Below are positions 1 to 12,999 of a stretch of DNA of 64,000 nucleotides, piece after piece. This DNA is from Kudoa neothunni (taxonomy: Eukaryota > Animalia > Cnidaria): NCBI GenBank assembly GCA_964304625.1, contig OZ199838.1, positions 12,130,524 to 12,194,523 on the forward strand. Reading direction: 5' to 3'. Position 1 is the stretch's first letter. Every line of letters starts with the position of its first letter. The translations under genes were made by a program, and so were the position numbers. The notes under the pieces were generated by a model. It searched no databases, was not told the DNA's origin, and worked only from the letters and a program-made list of their open reading frames with translations.

Positions 1-3000
1 GAAGAATTCGACATTATAAGCTCAATTTATCACGACAATTTGACTATAAGCCTAGTGGCTGATGATTTTGAGGTTTGTCTTATGTTATTCGCATGATTTC
101 TACTAAGTTAACGTTGTTTGTAGGGTATATTATTGCTGCATTTTAAAGAGTATTCTTTGGAGGAGGTTCAAGGTGTGATTACGTTTGCTCTAAACCCACT
201 AGAAGAGAGCCATAGAGGAAATCGCGCAACTTCTTCCACCATCGAATACACCTCTGATAATGTGAAAAATGGCCAATTATGCCTCTATATATTGGTTCCA
301 AAGGAGTATCCAAATGTGTAAGCTATCACAAATTTTTATAGATTTAAATTCTGATATCATTTATGTGAATATTTTTGATAGATGCTCTCAATGTTGTCTT
401 TATGTGCCCAAAAACTCTTGTTATAAGTCGGATAATTTGAAGAATCTCCAAAATTATGTATCTGCTATTGAAAAAGATGTACGTAACATTTTTATTCGGG
501 GAAATGATAAATATTTGTAGAATGACATTTCCTTGCTGTTGAATCTTTTTGAAAGTTACGCCATTGAAGTGCTTATAATGCAGACTGCTGACATAAAACT
601 TCTCCATGCCTGCGACAAATCTAAAATCAATGAAGTTAGTTCCGATAGTATTCATCACGAGTTACCAGCATCCAACTCCGTACTTTGTTCGAACGCCAAC
701 ACTTTTGAACAAGCTAAGGTTACTGATTTCTCCCCCCAAAATTTGGTAAAAATATTGAATTAACCCGTTTTTACATATTTATTGTTGTTTGATTTAGGAT
801 TCCCTGTCGGATTCAATAGTGGAGTTGTCGCTTAAAAACGCCTCCAAAATGCAACCTTTCCATATTTGCAAAAATAAGGATGGTGGCACTATTGCTATTG
901 ATAAACTGAAGGATGAAGTGGACAGAAACTTTGTACTCAGTCAGTGCTGTAAGTTTTTTATTACGTACAATTGTTTAAACTGTCTATTGGGCTTAAGGAC
1001 GTTTATCGCAGGGGTCTCCAAACTTTTTTTCGTCAACTCCCTCCAGAGATTTTATTAAAAATATTAATGTATATTCAGCTTTTTGAGTGGAACAATTAAA
1101 AATTTGTGCAATATATCCCATTAATATTCTATTTACAATATATCATAAAAAATTTTGTTTGTAAATTTACAAGGATATTTATAATAAAGTCATGGCAAAA
1201 ACAACTATGTTAGAAAATTTACCACCGTGAATCTGTTTTTCATCATAAATCGTATTCAATTGACCTCCCGAGTTAGGTCGCTTGTATATGATTACAGTTA
1301 CATACTTTTGCACAAATAGAAATACAGCGGCAGATTTTAAGATTAAATTACATCATATATAGAAAAGTTAATATTTATTCATGGCTGCCTCCAAGAGTTA
1401 AAAAGGATATCATAATCTTTACCCTAAGACAGTTTTCCTTAGCCTGAGGCCACTTGAAGAGTTTTTGAAGTGTCCACGGGGGTTTAAGTGACAATACAGG
1501 TTATTATAATTAGTTTCGTAGCTTTTGTAATTTTGTTCCAAATCAATTTTAAACTTGATGGAAACTATCGTTGTTGTTTTATATACTGTTGATATCAGTC
1601 AATACTAGTGGTCATTGAAATTGAAGCAACTTTGAACGCTAATGTATTTGCTAGTTTGCTATGAGTTGCAAAGTGCCTCTACATAAATGAAAAATATTGA
1701 ATGTCATAACTAGGAAAGGTGGAGATTGATTTTAATTTAAAAATAAAAAATAAATGTTATGAGGTAGTTTTAATTAATATAATTATATGATGTAGTATGA
1801 AGTTGCAAGGTGGAAACATCACCTTTAGTCCATAAAATTCATTGGAATCTCTATAGCATGTATCGACCTCCATTCGTCCCTTAGCGTCATTATCGACACC
1901 CTATAAGTTCTTATCGACCACTTCGGAGACCCCTGGTGAAATTATAATTTACGCCAATAATTTCTGAGTGATAAGAATTCTAAAATATATTAAATGCAAC
2001 CAACATATAAAAATAGGATCTTATTAATTCGTTTGTATTTTGAGGCCAGTCTTTTACTCTGACATAAATATTCATCTATTTGACTAATAATAATACATAG
2101 TCACAAATTAATTAATTACCTAATATAAATTCATCTTTAATGAGACTTACTGTAATTGGTGATTTAGTGGCTCATAATTGCGATCATTGCTCTGGAACTA
2201 TCTATGGCAAATTTGGATCTTATCAACTTCCAAAAGTGTTCTACTACAAACAGTATATGATAGACATTAAATCTTTGGCACTCTTGAAAGTGTATTCTAT
2301 CAATCATTTAAATAATTATGTGTCCAATGTGATTGAGAAAGTTCAAAATTCCAGCAAGTGCGATTATCCTTCTATTCTCAACATATACTATTCGAGAAAG
2401 GTTTTTAATGACGAGAAAATCTATCTCACTCACGTTTACGATGTGAACCTATTATCGTTTCACACAATGAGCAGTCTGTTTTCGTCACCAAGTTCGCCGT
2501 TCGGTGTAACTGAAATCATAATACACAAATATGCGATATCGATGCTGAAAGCGTTGGATTATTTGCATCGAAAAAACATATATTATGGTCAGTTGGAACC
2601 TTGTAATATTCTTGTTAGTAATGATGGAGAGTTGTTGCTATTTGATGTGTTTTCGTTTGGCGAACTCACCAACGTAGAGTATCATCTCACAAAAAATTAT
2701 TCCCCCAACTCTCTAAAATGTCGTCATTTTTCAGCTTTTTACAATCGTTTGTATCCAGTGTCGGCTCGTAGTGATGTGTACGCGTATGGGTTGATATTGT
2801 TGTCGCTGTATAAGGGCTCGATTGTAAACGAATCACCAGCTGTGGTGCCTCATTTGCTGCCCAACGTGATACAACTTTTCATCAAAAAGTGTTTGAAAGC
2901 CAACGACGATCATCCGCTTCCTACTTCAGACTTACTCAGCGATTATTACACTATGCATTTTGAACCGATGCCAAATATTTGGGCAGGTCACAACCCAACT

Positions 3001-6000
3001 ATCTTACCATCCAGTTCTAATACCGATTTGTCTTGGTGGAAAACCCAACAGCACTATCAACAACAGGAAATCCAGGCTGCAATGTCATGTTTTGGCCAAA
3101 TAGTGGACGATTTGGATTCCACTTACGGAACGTCGAGGGTTGAAACCGAGTTCCAATCATTTACCAGCATTGGTTCTGGTGGATTCGGAAGTGTTATATC
3201 AGCTAGAAAGAAACTGGACAGTTGTGTCTATGCAATTAAGCGAATCAAACTTCCTCGTAAAAACCCCAAAAAACTTCATGCCATTCTTAAAGAAGTTCAA
3301 ATTATTTCGAAACTTAATCATGAAAATATTGTGCGTTATTATAACAGTTGGATCGGCCCCGACACTAAGAAACCAATCTTTCCTCAAATAGAAGGAGATT
3401 TGGATGAGCTTGGAAATGAGATTGATAGTGAATCCACCACGTCAACGTCAAGTCCTGGCAATGATTCCCATGAATCTAGCTATGATGATCATATTGAAAC
3501 TGATGATTCTACAAAAGGTAATAAATTTTGGGGGGTTCAGGGAAATTTTTGTTCTATAGCTAAAAAAAATAAAACACGTCCGAATAACTACATCGAGGGT
3601 GACAATGGTTACTCCACCGATGATAACAACAACGAAAAATATTTACGTGGTGTGCTTAATAATACAAACGAATTAAACACGTTAGACTTTTCTTCCAGCG
3701 ATGATGATGACGACGATAACGATACTACAATCGAATTTTATGATTACTCAAATTACATCGACCAAAATTCCAGTTCCGACAGCATCATATTCAGATGTAG
3801 TTCTGGTGATCTTGAATATTACGACAAAGCTATATTGAAGTTCAAAACCGATGCGTCCGATGCTGATTTGAACACTATAACAAGGGGACGAACTTTTTCA
3901 GCCCCACCAGATGAAAGTACTCTTAGTAAGACATCCAGTATCAATTCGAAAAAATGTGGCTCCCACGATGACAGTAAAACCCTAAATGAAAATGTTACAC
4001 CCTCGGACAATCGTGTCGCTCATCGACGCAAACATTTCTACTTCTACATTCAAATGGAGTATTGTGAAAAGAAGACTCTCTATGAGGTTATCGAAAACGA
4101 AGAACTCCACTCCAATAACGATCGCATCATGAAATTGTTTAGAGGAATATTAGAAGGAATTGCCTATGTTCACGATAAAGGTCTAATTCATCGCGATTTG
4201 AAACCTGGCAACATATTTATAAGCATTGGGGACAATCCAAAAATCGGTGATTTTGGATTGGCTAAATTGAAATCGTCACTGAAAGGACCTGCTAGACAGA
4301 ATTCCATTGAAGCCGTTCATTTCAACAGTATGGTTGCCAAGAACAAGTTGAGCTCAGTGGAAGCGTTACCATCACCAACCACCGTTGTTGGCCAACCCGC
4401 CAATTCAAATTGTACAACCCATGTCAAATCGAATGCTACCAACATTTTTGATTCAATGAACAGTCTTTCCTCGTATGATGATTCGTATGGTAGTTGTGTT
4501 GGTACTTTCATTTATAATGCACCCGAATTGAGCAACGGCGAGGAAAACGATTCTGGTAGGAAAGATATAAAAATCACCTCGAAAAGTGATGTCTACAGTT
4601 TGGGAATAGTTTTCTACGAAATGATACATCCACCGTTCACTACCAAATTCGAGCGTATTATTAACTTGAGTGCGTTGAGAAACGATGACAAATTTATATC
4701 ATCTTACGTCATTGAAAAGACACACGTACATCTGTTGAATATGATGTTGAAGAAGGACCCCGAACAAAGAGCTAGTGCTCGAGATCTTCTTGAGCATCAT
4801 CTTGTTCCTACCAATATGGATGATTGTAAGTTTATCCATGCCATCAACCAAGTGTTGAATGATAGAGCCAGTCACCGCTTCAGAATCCTACTGTCATTAT
4901 TGTTTGACAAGAAAAGACCATTTCATTCTCAAGCAAACGCTCCCAACTCCAGTTCGATCAATTATCCATGTTACGATTTTGCATTTTTCGGAGCAAAGTC
5001 TGTTGCCTGGAAGTGTTTAAATCGGTTGTTGGGCGATTTCACTGAACACATTGGAGCTATTACACCCTACCTTCCCGATGCGGTGTCAGATTCACTGGTG
5101 TATCATCAATTTTTATTTGAACTCCCAAACGAAAGTAACGATTTTTTAACCATGTCAAAAAGTGGCGACTTGCTTTCGCTCACATCTACTTACATTAAAA
5201 GATTCGGTTATTACCTGGCTAATATGGAATTTTCCAGGGTTCCAGCTAACACATTTTCTCTATTGGCTGGGATCTACAATTATCCAAATCTAGTCAGCAA
5301 GTTGGTGATAGACAAAAGTGGTGCCGTTAACGAACAAAAATGTGTACAAAAGAGTGAATATTGTATATCTCAGCTGGCCAGTAACGACGTTACCTCCATC
5401 AACAATGGACTAGTGCAAATTGTGGGGAATGCGATCAAATTTATCCGAATGATAATTCAGAAAATCAGCAAATATGGTACCCGATTTCAAATTTTAACAG
5501 AAAAAAAACAAAAAAATCCGATTTCTCACGTATTCATCTTCCTCCAAGTTGACTGTTGTTCTGAATCATTATGCAATTGTTGGAAGTTTTCTAACCAACA
5601 ACGGAATTCCTGCTAGTGTCCACAGTGAACTAGCACACATTATAGCAATGACAAAGAAGGATGAAAGACGATCTCAATTGTTCTTTGATTTTATTCGACA
5701 CAAACATCTAGATTCTGTGTGCACAGCCAAAGTGTATCGTTTTCTCAATTTTAGGGTATTTTGTCAGATTTTAGGAGAACCTGTTCGTTCACAATATTAT
5801 TGTGTATTCCCCGCTCATTTTCTTTATATTTAGGGATCGATTGAAAAGTTTAAACAATTACTTAACGATGATTCCTCCTACCTAGAGCACATTAACCAAT
5901 TACAATCTATCCGTCATCAGCTTGAAAATACATGCAATGATTGTGGTGTTGAGATTGCGATAGATCTGCTGTCTGGTCTTCACCTAAATGCCGGATATAT

Positions 6001-7366
6001 TAGTTTCAATGTGATTTTTTATGCTAATTCTCAGATATTTTTAAAAAATAATTTGCATTCTAAATATTCTAAATAAATTTGTTTTGATTTCTTCATCCTG
6101 ACACAATGTTGATTATAGGTTGAAATTCAAAGAACAATTTCCAAAACTGGAAACAAACCATCGGATGTGGTAATTTTCGGAGGCTTGTCTCCAGTGTTTC
6201 TTCACAAGCACATTTCCTATCCGCTAAACGTGTCAAATTTATCGCCATTTATTGGTGCTAATCCCGAATCTTTGGGTTTCTCTAACAGCACTTCCCAAGA
6301 TGACAACATTGTTGTTTATGCTTGCGCTCCCTTGGAACCGGTGATTATGCTATGTGTGTTTATGCATCGTGAAGAGAGCTGTATTATCGAAGAGAATTGT
6401 GCTTCTAGAAGATTGGTTATATTTGCTTTTATATCCGACAGTAGTAACAGTCTGACTTCCGAAGATAGACAATTCGCCAGCGCTCTATCACAAGAGGTGA
6501 TGCAAGTGTCCGACCTTTATGTACACACTCTTAACAACTATATATCTCATGAAACACTCTCCACTCTTAAATCCTACTACAATTATTTGAATTTGAAAGC
6601 AGTTGTTCTTTTCAATGTACATACAACTGAAATCAAAGTTCTATTCTATGAACCTAACAGAAAAGTTCATGAACAAAAGTTCGGTTGTTCAGGCGAGGTG
6701 GTTGAATATTTAAAGTCTCGGATTGGCAGTAGTGGTGGTGGCGTTGGTGCGGGTAATAGTTTGGGTTTCTCAAACTCATCTCGAAAAGAAGACAATGCCA
6801 TTTTAGAACACTACAAGGTGTGTGACAGTCATACATCTCTTTATTGTTATTGTTGACTGTTTCTAGAATCTGTCAGCAACATCTACAGATACTTTCACTC
6901 CATCTCATTCAACTAAAAAGACGCCTAATGATATCGAATTTGTATGCACACTACCTGACCGTACTTCCAGTTCGCTACGACGTAAACATGAAAGCAAAGC
7001 GTTGATAGTTGTCAAGCCTTATCTCTCATTGATCAGCAGTGATTGTAAAATTACAGTTTTTTTAGTAAGATGTTTGCAATTTTATAGATTAATAATTTTT
7101 TCGTTTAGACGCTACTTACCGACGACGAATTCAATTTTATAGTAGGGAAAGTGTCAACTATCAATTTTTCTAGAAATACAAACTTTAAAAAAGAAATTGA
7201 AAAAGTAGCCTCTCTACATTTTACTTCTAGTAGTCGGGCTCGTCTTGGGTTGATCTATGATACTATTTGTGATGCTGCTGAACGGATAAACCAACATAAA
7301 TCTGGGAAACCTCATATCTTCATTCTTTACAGCGGAAGTTTGGACAAGGCGAAATTGTTGCTTTAA
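1..7366 (+). CDS. EIF2AK4: eIF2-alpha kinase GCN2 (RWD, pseudokinase, kinase, HisRS-like, CTD); multi-exon, 5' end upstream of window
   Basis: Exons at 1-948 encode an RWD domain (EEFDIISSIYHD...VPKEYP). A phase-1 GT-AG intron (949-2167) joins them to the large exon. Pseudokinase LDYLHRKNIYYGQLEPCNIL; kinase IGSGGFGSV, YAIKRI, LNHENIVRYYNSW, long acidic insert, YIQMEYCEKKTL, IHRDLKPGNIF, DFGLA, GTFIYNAPE. The C-terminus (SSSLRRKHESK...IFILYSGSLDKAKLLL*) resembles the metazoan GCN2 CTD. There is one apparent +1 frameshift near the A-runs at 5501-5516. Confidence 0.9.
1009..1935. mobile_element. non-autonomous hAT (Charlie-like) element inside GCN2 intron
   Basis: Terminal inverted repeats CAGGGGTCTCC (1009) / GGAGACCCCTG (1935), and three subterminal TATCGAC repeats at about 1861-1918. 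The 8-bp TSD is not preserved. Confidence 0.65.
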
Positions 7367-7999
7367 CTTTTAAGTTACGTTCATTTGTTCATGTATTCTT
7401 TTGGTGATGCATTTGTATAAAAAATGTACTTTATTCGTCTTTTTATTTAACTTATTATAATAAAAAATTTATTGATACGTCTCACAATTAAAGTATAAAG
7501 ACTATTTTCGTGTTTATTCCTGTTTCAAAGTCATTTTTTATTGTTTTATGAAACAGCGCTCCCTAGATGGGGGATTCAAAGGTCTATTATTATGTTTCAA
7601 TGCAGTGTAGGGCATTTTATAAAAGTAATCCAGGAATTTTTTTATTTGTGAAATTTGAAAAAAATAGTTTGATGTTATTTTTCTTAACTCCTCCTTATGT
7701 ATCTCTGAATATTTATGGCTATGTAAATTATTAAATTATTATTTGGAATTATCCGTCTTTACTTTTTAACATTAGTGCAAGCATTCTTAAATACTTAACT
7801 TATTCAACCTGGCACAATCATCTCAGTTAAGTAATAGTGGAGTTTTTCACTAAAAATATATTAACAATTATTTTCTGTACTAATTATTTATTTTATTTCA
7901 TAATCGTTGAAAATGATTGAATAATAATTGATTTATGTTTTGTATTATTTTAGTAAATTTAAATTATGGTGCTTAATATTTTTTTCATGTTGTTTTAAA

Positions 8000-8500
8000 A
8001 AATTCGTAATGTGTCGTAAGATTCCTGCGCGGTATCATATTAGCAACAATTTTCTTGTAGGAAATTAGTCTCGTCAAATAATAAACTTGATGAATAATAT
8101 TATTATGATCGATGCAATGGTTGGTTACAAGTGTCATAACCAAAGCAAACGTATGTACTACGACTGTGGGTTTATATACATTAAATCCGGTTTCAATCGA
8201 TCTTTTCATTTTCCAGTTGTAAGTACTGGAAATAGCTTCTAAATAACAAGTACCGTAATATTTTAGGTAGTTATGAAAAATTTCATTTGTTTTTCTAATC
8301 TTGTAAGTACGGTTTTTCTCTTATATGATTGTATTCGGATATCTTGTTCTGTATTACATCGGTTGTCTTCTAATTTTTCAATGAATGGTTAAATCGTTTG
8401 TAGAAACGACAATTGATTGCTTCCGCTATATTTGATGTTGAATAAATATTTCCTTTCACTAAGCTATAGGCATTCCATGTTTCCAATGGGTATTTTGAAG
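8000..8500 (-). mobile_element. possible Mutator/MULE transposase remnant
   Basis: Minus-strand peptide ETWNAYSLVKGNIYSTSNIAEAINCRF resembles the MULE T(S)N.AES.N motif. The surrounding frames are broken. Confidence 0.35.
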
Positions 8501-8572
8501 ATTTTAAAAGATTTTTCCAATGTGATTAGGGTTAAAATATATCCCATTAAAGGTCAGAGTTTTATTTTTTAA

Positions 8573-8912
8573 CCCTAGAAAGCTCGCCAAAAATAGTTAC
8601 ACAAAGGCTCAGTGGGCCCCATTTTGGTCCAAGTATAAATTGATCAAATAGTCTCGTTATTATTGTACAGATTTCTTTTATAGTTTATTCAACTAGAAAT
8701 GAGAAATGATATTTGGTGTGATAATTTCAGGAATCTATAAATTAAATTTGTCCGTAGAGTGATTTTGGTAAAATTTAGCTATTCGTCGAATCTTTTAATT
8801 CCTTATCATAAATTAAGATTAATTTTTTTATATAGAATATCCCTATAATTTTATAAGCATTTAATTAAATTTTGGACCAAAAAGGGGCCCACTGAGCTTC
8901 CTATTTCTATGG
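8573..8912. mobile_element. piggyBac-type MITE
   Basis: TTAA|CCCTAGAAA at the left end and TTTCTATGG|TTAA at the right end (TTAA TSDs 8569-8572 and 8913-8916). Internal inverted repeats GCTCAGTGGGCCCC..TTTTGGTCCAA / TTGGACCAAAA..GGGGCCCACTGAGC. Confidence 0.85.
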
Positions 8913-8949
8913 TTAATTTCTCAAATTCTTTTTGTATGAATGCCAAGGA

Positions 8950-9305
8950 TAAGAAATTTGGAAATCCTATTTCTCGGGACATACACTCTTTGTAACATGT
9001 TTCCACGACTTAGCCATTTAATATTAGAAAATCATATCAAATCACCATATTCAGGTTCAAAACCTTTCAAAAATTCTTTAAATTGAAGATAATTTAGATC
9101 TTTGGATAAAATAGTATTTACAGATCTTTAATAAACGTCACAACTTCCTGGAACGGTAATAAAGCAGAGCATGTCTTGGTGAAGAATACAAGAAGTTTAA
9201 TAAGACTTATTATATTCAACATAATTATGTAGAAACGCAACAAAACCACTTTTCTCTTACTATTGCAGGTGCTCCAGCTCTAGCAACTTCAAATAGTTTT
9301 GATAT
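8950..9305 (-). pseudogene. AAA-ATPase gene fragment
   Basis: 9305-9261 reads ISKLFEVARAGAPAI and is followed by a GTAAG donor; this matches the AAA pre-Walker-B LF..AR..AP.I pattern. Downstream fragments CFITVP and KHVTKSV resemble IYIPLP and VKPSV. No intact ORF. Confidence 0.4.
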
Positions 9306-10519
9306 GTTAAAGTACACTTCATCTACAGTAGGCAACCGATAATACGCAATGACGCACGCGCATTTAAATTATGTGGTTTCTTTATTTTTCCGTATGGGTA
9401 TTGTACCTTTTATTTAATTAGAATAACAAAAAAACATTATTAAGATTATTTTTGAGAAAAATAATTCGCAATTTTTGTTTTTGTATTTATTAATATAATA
9501 TTTATATCCTTTTACATTGAGGTAAAATTTAATGATTGGTTAGTTCTAAAAAATATAAATACTATTTTATTTATTATTCATTTTTTAGAGCAATACGAAT
9601 TTTTTTATATTTTTACCTTAAAATCTTTTTTTATTTACATTTACGACATTCTTCAATTGGCAACTAACATTGGTTTGAAATAAATTATATTCTATTTTCA
9701 TTTTCGTGGAAATGATCATTTTTTGATAGATATATCAAAAAACTTTTTCTATTCGTTCAAACATTCAACTGTCACAATTAAAATTTTTCCCCCGTTTCCA
9801 ATAAATACAGTTTAATCTACATGGTTTGGCTGAAAAAGGTACGTATTATCGGTTAGTCACGTGATACACACAGATTGGAAATTCCTTACTTTAATTAAAA
9901 AGGTTAAAATGTAGAATAATGGCCGTAACTCTAATAAGTGACAACGGATAAAAACAAGCCTGTTAATTATTTTAGTTTTTGTATTTATCAGTGTTGCATC
10001 ATTATTAAGATATTTTTCGGCGTTCTGTTAGTAACCAACAATAGTCTTTGTAATATTATATTGAGCTCTTGGCACCTCTTAATTAATCTTACAAGTATTA
10101 GCACTCAATATTACGAATAACGTAACATTTATTTCTTTTCGAATTTGAGTGTGACAATTGTGGTTTTAATGAATTGTCACAATTTTCTCCGTAGCTATTC
10201 CCTATTTTATACTATAGTTGGCTGATTAATTGTATCAAGTGCATAAGGTTAATATCAAAAATAATTTATTGGATGAAATCTATTCATTCCAGTCATTAAA
10301 TTTTCAACAAATATCATATTAATTTGATTTAAAAAATCTAGGATTAATGCCCGATTTAATTATAATCTTTAATCGATACATGCGGTCACGGTTCTGCACT
10401 TTAACTTTAAAAAATATTTTGAAGACTTTTATCTTTTTACAATCATAACATTATTATAAAACGTTTCATCGAATATAAACTTTGAATACGTCGTATCGAT
10501 GAAAGTGCGTATTATCGGT

Positions 10520-10850
10520 TGTCTACTGTATTTCATAATTCAATTGAATATATTTTTTCCAGTTGTAATGCGTTTCACTGGAATAAGTTTTGCAAATTCC
10601 TCAACAGTTTCCAATTGTGACGTAACACCTCTCACAAAAATTAGAAATTGCATGGTATCCGTCATATCGTCAGTTTCGTCATTAGCAACAGAAAAATATT
10701 CGAAAGTATTTTTTAATTTAATTATTACAGTTCCCGCGGTGTCTTCGATACGTCTCGCACCAATTCTTCCTAATATCTTGATTTGGGGAAACAATTTTTT
10801 TTCTCAATGCACCTTATTTCGGCAACGTTCAATTTCATTTCTTTGAAAAA
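10520..10850 (-). mobile_element. hAT (Buster/Charlie, GTF2IRD2-like) transposase remnant
   Basis: ARRIED...LKNTFEYFSVANDETDDMTDTMQFLIFVRGV...EEF...TTGKNIF matches the Buster-family FSLA.DES.D..DTAQL.IF.RGV motif. Confidence 0.8.
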
Positions 10851-11435
10851 TTCTCCATCAATTAAAGATTTCATCTCAATAACAAGGAAATTCGATATAT
10901 CATAATTAGCAAAAATTATTTTACAATCATTAATTTTATTCGTAAAAAATGATGATTACTTTGTCAAGTTTTTTATCAGGCCACTATTTCATTTTCTCCT
11001 TTTAATATTGTAAATCCGTCGTAACGACTATGGTGGGATTCGTAATGCCATCTAACATTAGTGTTTTTTCTGACCGCGACCTTTTCTTGGCAGATTAAAA
11101 ACAGATATCAATCAAACAATGTAAAAACTTGTAAATTCGTATTAGCGGATCATTAAAGAATTCTAATAACCTGCGTATAGTTTATCAATATCCATTTTCG
11201 TTATTTGAACTATAGTTATATCCGAATACTCAACAAACAATATACGATCGATATCTGTATTAACTCACACATAAAATTTATTGGAAATCACCGTATATAT
11301 AATTTATTTGATACTTTCGAATAATTATTATTTATTATTAACGAAAAGAGCACATTTATTCAAAAAATTTGTTTTCGAATTATGTTTCCGAAAGTACAAC
11401 AGCGTTTGATGGACTTGGAGGTTTAATTTTAAATA

Positions 11436-11444
11436 TCACGTGAC
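11436..11444. promoter_or_regulatory. E-box TCACGTGAC just upstream of START gene
   Basis: Palindromic TCACGTGA lies about 25 nt upstream of the ATG at 11468. Function is unproven. Confidence 0.3.
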
Positions 11445-11467
11445 CTCAAATTCCATGTGAGTTGGTA

Positions 11468-12999
11468 ATGGTTTTTATCCGAAAATGGAATTATTTAATT
11501 GGAAAAATTTCGAATGGGAATATATTCAGTATTGTAAAAAGTAGAAACTGCTACAGAAAAATCTTAATGATCGTGGGAATTTCATGGGTTTCGTGGAGAT
11601 TATTTCAAAATTGTTCTCTCAACTTAAAGATCATTCCATTTGCCTATCCATTCAAAGGAAAAATTAACTGTGACAATGATACACCATTAAATAATGACGA
11701 TGAGGACGATAAAAACAAAAAAGTTAACATGGATCGATTTCGTGATGACTTATTGGAACTATTGGATCCACAGGTGAGAAAATGTTCCCAAATTATTGAT
11801 CGGTTGATGAGTCAAGAAGCTTTTCTACTTGGTTTTATCAATCACAACGAAAAAGAGTCATATCTCTTTGGGGACTCATTTATCGATATGAATGAAATTA
11901 TTAGTCTATCTGTACCGATGAGTGGTGATAAATCCAAACAAAGTCGTTTGGATGATATAAGCAGTCCTAGCATTGATATCAATAAAAATGAGATTTATTT
12001 CCATAAATTCGCAGTCTCGCAATCGCTTATTGAAAAGTTTATTAAAATGCTAAATTTATCGTTAATATTTGTGATTTTAGTTTCATAAACCAAGCGTACC
12101 ATTTATTATCCGTAGAAATGAATACCCCCAGTCATATAACTACGTTCGATAATTATTTCGGATGGAAAAAAGTGTTCTCAAATGATAAAGTTAAACTTTG
12201 GCGCCGTCTTTGCAGACCCAACTGTGATTATTTGTCAAACGATGATACTGATGAAAGTTTTGACCATCAGTGTTATCAATTCAATCCTGTGGGCTTTAAA
12301 CGAACATTTGAATATTGTGTTATCGGTCACTATGACGACATAAGTTGTGAAACATTTATCACTAGTTATGTGGATAGTGGATATCGTAAAAGTTGGGATA
12401 AATACACCATCAAATTGGACAATATTTGTGATAATGCGAAAAAAAATCATGAGTTTATAAATTGGATTTTTCAAAATCCAATTCCCCTCAACAATCCACT
12501 TCAATATGTATATTATAGAAAAATGAAGAAGGATTTAGATAGGAATTTTATTTCAATAGTTAACTGGTATGTGTTTGCATTTGATAAATTCCATTAGTAT
12601 TTGTTATCTAAGGTCTGTTGAAGACCCAAAATCATTGGAAACGGATTTGTTACAATCGGGAATTATTGGTGAAGAATTTTTGGATGAAAAAACATCCAGT
12701 CTTGTTTTTTACCGGTCAGTCTTGTTGGTTATTCCTAAAACCACCTTCAACCAAGTATGTGTGTGAGAATTTGTACGTGTTGTTGAGGTTGTTTTTATTT
12801 AGCCCGGTTTCAATTTTGTAATGATCTACTACGAAGAAAAACCTCCCAACAGCTTCCCAATACCACATTATCTTATAAATAAAAGTGTGTTGATATTGAA
12901 AATGAGTTCTATGTATGACATGCATATTTAGTTGTTGCTGGCACAATGGACATTTCGCATGCTGCAGCTGTCGGATATAGATATTGGAAACAACACTAG
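11468..12999 (+). CDS. START-domain phosphatidylcholine transfer protein (STARD7/PCTP-like), multi-exon
   Basis: GWKKVFSNDKVKLWRR...EYCVIGHYDDISCETFITSYVDSGYRKSWDK...YVYYRK are PCTP/STARD7-type START motifs. The basic/hydrophobic N-terminus resembles a mitochondrial presequence. First intron 12038-12080; predicted last exon ends YWKQH* at 12999. Confidence 0.75.

Noticed and set aside
5530-5548. 19-nt GT-AG micro-intron that would restore the GCN2 frame
   Set aside because: All other introns here are about 35 nt or longer, and an extra A in the adjacent A8/A7 runs explains the shift more simply. RNA reads are needed to exclude it fully.
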